A DNA stretch of 34,101 nt, taken from a virus. Location: positions 1 through 34,101 of the IMG/VR virus record IMGVR_UViG_2855455421_000002; one strand, given 5' to 3'. Shown here in pieces: positions 1 to 7,346 of this stretch; the stretch's first letter is position 1; each line of letters begins with the position of its first letter. The translations under genes were made by a program, and so were the position numbers. The notes under the pieces were generated by a model that worked only from the letters and a program-made list of their open reading frames with translations, was not told the DNA's origin and did not search any database.

Positions 1-18
1 GTTTTGTGTACAATTCAT
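1..18 (-). CDS. 5' end of a further late-region gene (only 6 codons, MNCTQN, inside the window)
   Basis: ATG at 18..16 preceded by AAGGAGG (complement of 26-32) with a 7-nt spacer. The rest of the gene is off-window. Confidence 0.45.
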
Positions 19-65
19 CTGAAGTCCTCCTTGGCATGATGGTAGGTATTGTTTGACACCCCTGC

Positions 66-94
66 ATCATACCAAGAGGGCTTTTTTTGATCAA
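66..94 (-). promoter_or_regulatory. Candidate sigma-A-type promoter in front of the gene starting at 18
   Basis: Minus strand reads TTGATC (89-94), 17-nt spacer ending in TGG, then TATGAT (66-71), giving an extended -10 TGnTATGAT. It sits in the 110-nt gap after the GH18 gene. Confidence 0.4.
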
Positions 95-128
95 GTCCCC
101 GGAAAAGCTCCTAACGGGAATGCTCCTT

Positions 129-3020
129 TCATGGGATATACGTGAATATCCGCGGGTCTTCTTGCCCGATTGTCCACATCGCCACGCCTTTACAGCCGTA
201 TCGCATGGTGTATTCGGCGGCTTTGATGAAACTCTCAAGGTCGCCGTTCCACGCAATCGAATAGCCTTCTGAATCGCCAACGTAAAAATTTCGCAACCAT
301 ACGCCGGCATCGACCATGCGGATACGAATGGTTTTCTCCCCTTGCCAAGACGGCACGGTTACAATCGGGAGATTTTCATAGTCATTGGCAATCTTAATGC
401 CTAACCCTTCATCGGGATCAAAGCCCGAATATACAAGATAGCCTAGCTCGTCATAGCTGTACGGTCGCGTTTCTTCGAGTGCGACATGTTCCACGCCGTC
501 GATGATCGCTGCCACCTTCTCCATCGGTTCATAACGATCGTTAGTGGCGATTTGCAGGCGATAGCACTTCACGCGGCAACCGCTCGCATATACACCATGC
601 GCTCCCTTGTTTGGCGGCGCCGGAAACGTTTGTGTACTCGGATAGTCGATGACTTCCGTGTTCCCGACCATGCACTTGATATGATTGCCGTACACTCGAA
701 CCTTGAATGTGTAGCGTTGTCCGAGCGTCAACGTGAGTGGAGCAGACGCTAACACTTGGCTGTTTCCGCCACTTTCATATTTGAGATAAAATCGTCCGGC
801 TCGATGATCGGCAACAAAGACGTACCCTCGCCCGGTTTGCCCGGCTTGATCCGCGCAAAAGCGAATGCCGTACACAGCGTTTCTGTCGTTCGCGTCAGCG
901 CGCAAATCCGCTTCGATATGGGCGTTCATCTCGTATTGGCGGTTGACGATCAATTGCATAGACTGTGCCCTTGCATCGGCGAATACGTGCGCTTCTTCGG
1001 TTCTTGTCGCCGCATAAGGGCGCCACACCCCAAATGAGTATCCCTTGCTCACTGGAGTGCCGACACATCGTTGCAAGTTCGGATTGGGGTTAGAACCCGG
1101 CGGAATGTAATTCGGATCAACATGCAGGTAGTATTTCGTCTTGGTTAAGTCCGCAATGCCGCTTCGAACGTGCGGGCCGAACAGGTCTTCCCATATGATC
1201 GCCGGACGTGGAGGGCGGCGCAATAGCTCGCCTGTGATCGTCATGTTCGCCGGAAAAGCGGCTTGCACTTTTGAAACGATCCCGTTTGTCACTTCTCCTC
1301 GTTTCCATGCAGGTTGCAAATTTACGCGATACTCAACTTCTCCGCCCGACATGCCATGCTCAAACGCCTCGCAAACGATAAACCCTAGAATTTGCGCGTC
1401 GTCTTCACAAACGCCAACCTCAATCGTGTTCGACGTGCCAAACGAAAAAACGCCGCAGTCGTAGAAATGCCTGTCGGGATTGACGTAAAACGGGTACCAT
1501 TCGGGCTGATTTCCTTTTTCTCCAATAACAAAGCTCTGTCCGTTTACGTTGATCGGGATTCGCGGGTTTAAATACGGGAAATAGACAGCGGCGATCAGCC
1601 GATAGTCTCCCGCTTCCGGCAGGGTGAATGAGTAATACAAGCGCCCGTCCTGCCCTTCGTCGCCTTTTGCCGGCTCGCAGGTGTTCCGGTCTTTGTTGTA
1701 ATTGTAGACCGCTGAATGCGCCGAATAGCCGTGAAATGTATAGCCGGACAGTGTATCACGCGGCGTCCAAGTCGTGCCCGTTCGCGTGTTCCCCGTCCGG
1801 CTTGTTATGTCGTTCAATATTTTCTTGATGCCCGTAAACTTCGCGCGTTGATGCTTCGAATAGCTTGTGATGTAGTCCTGTCCGTTGTACGTGTCGCGGA
1901 AAATCACAGTCTGATCGTTAAACGTCTTTAACGTTGCGAACTGCACCGCAAATCGGTCATACACATGCAAATACGTCTTTTCGTAGGATGATTCTTCATC
2001 ATGGAATCCGGCATATGGAATGAACGATTGATTATACCAAACAAATTCGTCATTCTCGTTTCTACTGCCAGCGTTATGCTTGAACAATCCGTTTTGCCAT
2101 TGTATAATTTGCCAATATCTGACGATTGTCCCTGTCCGCTTCTCATTCAACTGCCAGCGGCGCCCATAGGCGGCTGTGCCGACATACACCTTTTCCGGCG
2201 GCAGTACATTTCGCACGTGATCCAACACCTGTTCAAGCCACCACAACGGTGTAGACGGCCCAGGCGCGGTATTGCCCGACGAGAAGTCATAAGACATGAT
2301 TTGAAACTCGTCGATAGCCTGATTTCCGTTCAAATCCCTTCCGCTAGCAACGGTTCGATAGTCTGTCCACTGGTACCAATACGGTTCAAAGTCGCCCGTC
2401 ATCGCGTGCAGGTTCACACGCAATTCCAGCCCTAACGGAATACAAACCTCGTTTTTCACCCTCACAAGCAAATCGCGGTATTTCTCCGCTTCTCGATACG
2501 TCCGGCTTCTCGACGAACTTTTCTCAAAGTCTATTTCAATTCCTTTGATCCGATTTGGGAAGCGCTTCATATACAGTTCAGCGATTTTCCGCGTTTGTCG
2601 GATGAACTTGTCTTGTGCATTGTTCACATTATCCAACATCGGCTCTACCCGACTTTTCGTAAAACAAACCATTTGGAGCGACCACTTGATGTTCGGGTAG
2701 TGATCCACTAGAAACCGCAACGAATCTCGCATCCAATAGCGAATGCCGCTCTCGTCATCGGTCAAGACTGGATACGCTTCGCCGGCCTTGTAGTGATAAA
2801 TCGAACCGTCCGCTAATACACCGAAATCGTGAAGTCCAAACGCATGTATTTTGTCGTGATGCTTCAAAAAGGCGTGCCAAAAGTTGCGTTGGTCTCCACC
2901 CCAATTCTTCCAGGCGTTTGGATCAATGATTTCCCATACGCCTGTCGAGACTTCTCGCGCGTATTGCTCAAATTCAGCGTTTGACGGCTCGTTTAGCGAC
3001 CAAGATAACAGCTTTATCAT
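129..3020 (-). CDS. Tail-associated glycoside hydrolase family 18-like protein with nested beta-sandwich/ConA-like insertion (963 aa)
   Basis: GH18 hallmarks in order: GIEIDFE (DxxDxDxE-type catalytic strand), QIMSYDF, YGRRW. About 600 aa later comes the terminal strand CKGVAMWTIGQEDP. I chose the start MIKLLSW at 3020, which forms an ATGA overlap with the stop of the upstream gene. The track ORF extends to 3068. It is the last gene of the tail module seen here. Confidence 0.75.
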   Translation of the reverse strand: MIKLLSWSLNEPSNAEFEQYAREVSTGVWEIIDPNAWKNWGGDQRNFWHAFLKHHDKIHAFGLHDFGVLADGSIYHYKAGEAYPVLTDDESGIRYWMRDSLRFLVDHYPNIKWSLQMVCFTKSRVEPMLDNVNNAQDKFIRQTRKIAELYMKRFPNRIKGIEIDFEKSSSRSRTYREAEKYRDLLVRVKNEVCIPLGLELRVNLHAMTGDFEPYWYQWTDYRTVASGRDLNGNQAIDEFQIMSYDFSSGNTAPGPSTPLWWLEQVLDHVRNVLPPEKVYVGTAAYGRRWQLNEKRTGTIVRYWQIIQWQNGLFKHNAGSRNENDEFVWYNQSFIPYAGFHDEESSYEKTYLHVYDRFAVQFATLKTFNDQTVIFRDTYNGQDYITSYSKHQRAKFTGIKKILNDITSRTGNTRTGTTWTPRDTLSGYTFHGYSAHSAVYNYNKDRNTCEPAKGDEGQDGRLYYSFTLPEAGDYRLIAAVYFPYLNPRIPINVNGQSFVIGEKGNQPEWYPFYVNPDRHFYDCGVFSFGTSNTIEVGVCEDDAQILGFIVCEAFEHGMSGGEVEYRVNLQPAWKRGEVTNGIVSKVQAAFPANMTITGELLRRPPRPAIIWEDLFGPHVRSGIADLTKTKYYLHVDPNYIPPGSNPNPNLQRCVGTPVSKGYSFGVWRPYAATRTEEAHVFADARAQSMQLIVNRQYEMNAHIEADLRADANDRNAVYGIRFCADQAGQTGRGYVFVADHRAGRFYLKYESGGNSQVLASAPLTLTLGQRYTFKVRVYGNHIKCMVGNTEVIDYPSTQTFPAPPNKGAHGVYASGCRVKCYRLQIATNDRYEPMEKVAAIIDGVEHVALEETRPYSYDELGYLVYSGFDPDEGLGIKIANDYENLPIVTVPSWQGEKTIRIRMVDAGVWLRNFYVGDSEGYSIAWNGDLESFIKAAEYTMRYGCKGVAMWTIGQEDPRIFTYIP

Positions 3021-3814
3021 GGCTTGGACTTCCCTTCCTGCCATTGAATGAGTTCGACAACTCCCCAAAAACCAATGCCTGTATCTCGCATTTTTCCGTT
3101 GACAAGTTTGTAAAATTCAATGCGAATGCGGTTCGAGCCATAGGGCAAGCCCATGAATAGTTGCCGTTTAATCTTCAGCGTTCCCCCGCCGACATTCAGC
3201 GTACGGCTCGCCCGATTGGCCGGAACGCCGTTGATCGACGCCTCGTTCTTTGATCCCCACAGCCGAATTTCACTCCCGGCCGCGCCGCCTTCAAAGAAAA
3301 ATTCACGGCTGTATCGCTTGTTTAAGGGGTGTTCCGGCTCGTCGGGATATACCCTTTCGTTTTCGTCGACATATCCACCGTAATTGGTGGAAATCCGCAA
3401 CAAATCGAAGTCGTTTTTCGCGTATAGCGTGATGTCCACGACAGTAGTCGTCAGTTGACGTGAGAAGTCTGTTTCGTACACGTTTGGTACGATGATCGCC
3501 TCATGTCCTCGCCCGACGATGTTATAGAAGCGATTTTTCACATTCTCGAATACTCGCGGCTGATCGCCTAAATAAACGTCTCTCCCAACGGCCGTTGAGG
3601 TTTCGTCCAGCGTTCCGTATGCCGATTGAAACCATTCGGCCGTGTTCGGGATCGCAGCGGTCACCTGCTCGCCTTCTTGCAATTGCAAGTCAGTAATGCG
3701 GATCGCTCCGCGCCGCAGGTTTTCAGCAACTAGCTCAAATTCGATATGATCCACTTTTTTGCGCTGAAACTTTGTCAGCGTGGCAAGAAATCGCGTCCAA
3801 TCTCCTTTATTCAT
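3017..3814 (-). CDS. Distal tail / receptor-binding module protein, unknown function (265 aa)
   Basis: Long ORF in the tail operon, ATG at 3814. The N-terminus (IEFELVAENLRRGAIRITDLQLQEG) is paralogous to the 65-aa ORF upstream and to the Tal C-terminus. Confidence 0.6.
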   Translation of the reverse strand: MNKGDWTRFLATLTKFQRKKVDHIEFELVAENLRRGAIRITDLQLQEGEQVTAAIPNTAEWFQSAYGTLDETSTAVGRDVYLGDQPRVFENVKNRFYNIVGRGHEAIIVPNVYETDFSRQLTTTVVDITLYAKNDFDLLRISTNYGGYVDENERVYPDEPEHPLNKRYSREFFFEGGAAGSEIRLWGSKNEASINGVPANRASRTLNVGGGTLKIKRQLFMGLPYGSNRIRIEFYKLVNGKMRDTGIGFWGVVELIQWQEGKSKP

Positions 3815-3818
3815 ATTA

Positions 3819-4016
3819 TCACCCGTCTAGCGACCAACGCGTTTCTGACGGATGCCCTTTCCACAAAGTCGCGATTGAACCGCTTTGTAGCATGATGTCG
3901 GTGACGTTGATTTGCCCCGATTGGCAATTCTCCATAACAAACTCAATTTCAATCGCCGAAACGCCCCGATCGGGGTTTTTTACTTCAATAACTTGGCTGA
4001 CTAATCGGAACATCAT
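3819..4016 (-). CDS. Small tail-module protein (65 aa), looks like an isolated C-terminal fragment of a beta-sandwich domain
   Basis: ATG at 4016 forms an ATGA overlap with the Tal stop (4013-4015). The motif IEIEFVMENCQSGQINVTDIMLQSG is shared with neighbouring genes. Confidence 0.5.
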   Translation of the reverse strand: MMFRLVSQVIEVKNPDRGVSAIEIEFVMENCQSGQINVTDIMLQSGSIATLWKGHPSETRWSLDG

Positions 4017-5506
4017 GTCGTCTCACCTCCGGCCAGTGACAGCCAAATCGGCTCGTCTTCTGTTCCGTCCGCGTATTTGATGCGAATGTAAACACCGACG
4101 CGCCCCCTCCCGACTTGCAAGTTTTCCGCCGCTACTTGCATGCTGACGGAATATGAATCGCGATGGGACGGGTAGACGATTTGCTTGAGCGTCTTGGTCT
4201 TTCCTTCTTCGGCTGTCGCCTTGAACGAAGCGTTGCCGCTGTACCCGTTGACCGGATCGATTTCCCATCCATTGTTCGTCCAATAGTTGAATCCGTCATC
4301 AGCACGGGAATTCATGAGGTAGTTAAAGACGCTCAAATTCAGCATGTCTTGACGGTCTATCGCGTCCTCGGATTCAAGGGCAGGCGCCGCTTCTTGAACG
4401 CCTGTCAGCAAGTCGGACAGCGTTGGTTGCGGACGTTCAAGCTCCACTTCCGATTCCCACGGCTTCTTGATGTTGTACTTCCAACGAACAATGCGCTTTT
4501 TCTCATTGATCCCCAATTCTTTGTCGTACACAAATACGTTGTCGCCAAGGGCGAACTGCTCGTGGCTTAACCCCGACAGTCTCGACAAGTCGGCAACTTT
4601 CATCACGTATGAAGCAGTCGGACGCGACAAGATGCTCAAGGCATACAGACCGCGCTCGTAAAGATGGAATGGGTTGGTGAAACGCTCGTCCTTTGCCACA
4701 AGTACTTTTTTCTTGGTCGTATATTGGTAGTTCTCAATATACGGCAATCCTTGGGGATGGGCGTCTTCAATCGTCATATCGTTCTTTCCGTACAAGTACA
4801 GTTTCGTGACAAGATTTTTCGTACTGTAGTTTACTTCGATTTCCTTCATGTTTTTCCGATAGACGATAGACGCTCCAGAATCCCTTCCTTCCGGCCGCAA
4901 GAAATCTACCGTATTGTTGCTTGTATTGAACCACAACTCGCCTGTAAAGACGTTAGGAAGCTCTCTCAAGGCTTTTAGACGGTTCGTCAAGCCTTCCTCT
5001 AGCTGAAGGTTTCGGCGCTCTGTCACTTCCACACGCCCGACTGACCACCCCGTCCCGTCTAAAATGTCCGCCATGATTTGTTCCGGCGTCGCGTCCTGCC
5101 AACTCCACACTTTCATTGGCTCGGTATATTGCAAGTCGTACCACGTCGCTTCGCAATACACAACAAGCTCAAGCCGTCCTCCGGCTCTCACTTTTGAAAC
5201 ATCGCGAATGAAATATCGCTGATTGACCACTTCGATGATGTTTTCGTTTTGGATGTACTCCCGTTTTGGATCGTTGTATGGAAGGGAAAACGTCAGCGTA
5301 TCCACACTGCCAATCTCTTGTTCCAAAATCGGATCATCGGCGTTTTCCAATACACCAAGCCGATTCCCATCTTGGTCATACACGACCAATAAGGCGTTGG
5401 ATAGTCGATTGTACAAAGGTTGCTGTCGTTGCGGCGGTTGGCTGTTGTATCGAATTTTGCCAAGCAGGTTATACCGTCCGACTCTCAACTGATTGTATTT
5501 CAGCAT
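4013..5506 (-). CDS. Tail-associated lysin/tip protein (Tal; phage minor structural protein N-terminal region / Prophage_tail-like), 497 aa
   Basis: The N-terminal region (VVYDQDGNRLGVLENADDPILEQEIGSVDTLTFSLPY...IIEVVNQRYFIRDV) is typical of siphovirus Tal N-domains. The C-terminus looks like a CBM-type sandwich. I chose the ATG at 5506, preceded by GAGGTGA with 5-nt spacing. The track starts at the GTG at 5515. Confidence 0.7.
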   Translation of the reverse strand: MLKYNQLRVGRYNLLGKIRYNSQPPQRQQPLYNRLSNALLVVYDQDGNRLGVLENADDPILEQEIGSVDTLTFSLPYNDPKREYIQNENIIEVVNQRYFIRDVSKVRAGGRLELVVYCEATWYDLQYTEPMKVWSWQDATPEQIMADILDGTGWSVGRVEVTERRNLQLEEGLTNRLKALRELPNVFTGELWFNTSNNTVDFLRPEGRDSGASIVYRKNMKEIEVNYSTKNLVTKLYLYGKNDMTIEDAHPQGLPYIENYQYTTKKKVLVAKDERFTNPFHLYERGLYALSILSRPTASYVMKVADLSRLSGLSHEQFALGDNVFVYDKELGINEKKRIVRWKYNIKKPWESEVELERPQPTLSDLLTGVQEAAPALESEDAIDRQDMLNLSVFNYLMNSRADDGFNYWTNNGWEIDPVNGYSGNASFKATAEEGKTKTLKQIVYPSHRDSYSVSMQVAAENLQVGRGRVGVYIRIKYADGTEDEPIWLSLAGGETT

Positions 5507-5516
5507 AGGCGTCACC

Positions 5517-6581
5517 TCACGCCACGACTAGCCAAGGCGAACAATAGGAGCTTCGTTGAAACAACGCTCCACTTGCCGGAAACGTCGTTGGCATATCGCC
5601 AAAAGGAATGTTCGTCGCCCGATAGCCTCCATAGAACGAATGATGATTGGGACGCGGCGATAAATCCTGCAAGAATGTTTGGGCGTTGAATCCTACGATA
5701 GGGATGGCGCTGACTTGGCTCAATCCATCGTAATACGCTGTCGCCCCATCGTGCCTTGCAATCCAATAGAACCCCGGTTCCAACTCCAAATCAATGTCAA
5801 CCATGCCCCACCCTCCGGCCGCCGGAATGGTGATGACCGGGCTTTGAAATAGCAATTTGCTCGGCCGCAGTCCGTTATCTCGGTAAATGCCGATCCGCAA
5901 CGATACATTCGTACTGGCTGAATTCAGTTTCATCGCCGCCTTATTGAATCGGGTTTTTGTTGGCAACGGAAACGGGAAAGCGTCAATCGTGTTGCCGTAG
6001 ACTAGTATCCGAAACGCGGGCACGTGGCTGTTCACGTTCGCTGTTCCGTCTGTATTAATTGGATTGTAGTCACGCCGAAAATGGCTGACATACGTTCCTG
6101 GCAACGGATAAAAGGGCTCAACTCCTGCTGGATTGTTAGCGAGCAACAGCGAATGTTGATCCACCGCCTGTTGCAATGATGGAATGCTCCCGACGCTCCC
6201 GTCTATGCTTTGCCGCCATGCCGAAACGTTCGTGATGTACGTAAAGTCTGCTGTGATCGTATTGTTCAAATTTTGTTGCTCATGAAAGACGACAACGCCG
6301 TGCGCCGGGCTGATTTCGTATTCGCTCGGATCAACTCGGGCGCCGTTTCGATAAATAACAGGCGCCGGATTGTCCAGCCAATTGCGAATTGTTCCCTCAT
6401 AAATGCGATAACGGATAGTCGGGTCGTCTTGATCGGCCACCGGCTTCAATACATGCCCCGTCGCTTGCGCTGTTTTCATTTCCAAAACCGCCTGCATTTT
6501 GTTGATGTCGTGTTGCAAGCCCGAAATATGCGCGGATAGAATGTCTTGGCTCGTCAAATCACGATATGGGGTTTGCGCCAT
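5517..6581 (-). CDS. Tail/baseplate protein of unknown function (354 aa) sitting between Dit and Tal
   Basis: ATG at 6581 preceded by AAGAGGTGA. No motif recognised. Confidence 0.6.
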   Translation of the reverse strand: MAQTPYRDLTSQDILSAHISGLQHDINKMQAVLEMKTAQATGHVLKPVADQDDPTIRYRIYEGTIRNWLDNPAPVIYRNGARVDPSEYEISPAHGVVVFHEQQNLNNTITADFTYITNVSAWRQSIDGSVGSIPSLQQAVDQHSLLLANNPAGVEPFYPLPGTYVSHFRRDYNPINTDGTANVNSHVPAFRILVYGNTIDAFPFPLPTKTRFNKAAMKLNSASTNVSLRIGIYRDNGLRPSKLLFQSPVITIPAAGGWGMVDIDLELEPGFYWIARHDGATAYYDGLSQVSAIPIVGFNAQTFLQDLSPRPNHHSFYGGYRATNIPFGDMPTTFPASGALFQRSSYCSPWLVVA

Positions 6582-6596
6582 GATCTCACCTCTTTT

Positions 6597-7346
6597 CTAA
6601 ATCCATCGACTTCGAGCGTAGATGGTCGCTTTCTGAATGGTCGCGTTTCCTTCTGCGAAAAACTCAACCTCGTTTTCCTCGACGTCCAAAAACGGAAAAT
6701 CCATCGAATCTAAATGCTGATTCGCTGATCGCTTGTTCCCATATCCGTCGACAATGTAGGACGTGACAAGCTGGCTGTCCAAGACAAGGGTTTCCCCTTG
6801 TTGCAACGCTCCCGAAAACCGGACGGACGTAAAAGGCGTTCGGACGCCAATCGTGCCGCCGCTGTTCGTCCCTTTAATCTCAATCAGCGGTTCTGAATAC
6901 TCGTTTCCCTTTTGTCGATTGACGACATACACGCCAGTGCCGCTGAATTCAAACACTTCGTCCTCAATCGCGTAGTAGAACGGATCGGGACAAAAGAAGT
7001 TTAACGTTCCTTGTCCGGCGCGGATCAAATCGTCAATTTCTGTTTGATCCTGAATGATAGCATTGATGTATTTGTCCGGCTCGTCTTCAAAGATGAGCGG
7101 CTTTGGCTCGCTCTTGTTCAGCTTTCCGGCCAAGAAACGTTTCAGTTCAAAATATGACATGTCGCGATGCTCGAAGATGACCACCTCAACAGGAATGACA
7201 ATCGACTGATGCCGCTTCTCCAAGAAATATGCGCCATGCCTTCCGGCGATAGACATGGATGCGATTTCTTGCGGCGGCATTAAGGGGCGACCAATGTCTC
7301 GGACGAGTAGGTACGGCGACAAGTCAAACCCGTCATACGTAATCAT
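6597..7346 (-). CDS. Distal tail protein (Dit, Sipho_tail-like), 249 aa
   Basis: Lies immediately downstream of the tape measure with an ATGA overlap at 7343-7346. The N-terminus MITYDGFDLSPYLLVRDIGRPLMPP is typical of siphovirus tail component N-domains. Confidence 0.7.
   Translation of the reverse strand: MITYDGFDLSPYLLVRDIGRPLMPPQEIASMSIAGRHGAYFLEKRHQSIVIPVEVVIFEHRDMSYFELKRFLAGKLNKSEPKPLIFEDEPDKYINAIIQDQTEIDDLIRAGQGTLNFFCPDPFYYAIEDEVFEFSGTGVYVVNRQKGNEYSEPLIEIKGTNSGGTIGVRTPFTSVRFSGALQQGETLVLDSQLVTSYIVDGYGNKRSANQHLDSMDFPFLDVEENEVEFFAEGNATIQKATIYARSRWI

Noticed and set aside
36-88. Weak hairpin plus T-run (ccct...aggg ctttttttt) read on the plus strand
   Set aside because: The stem is only 4 bp and no plus-strand transcript would need terminating here. 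The T-run is better explained as the spacer of the minus-strand promoter.
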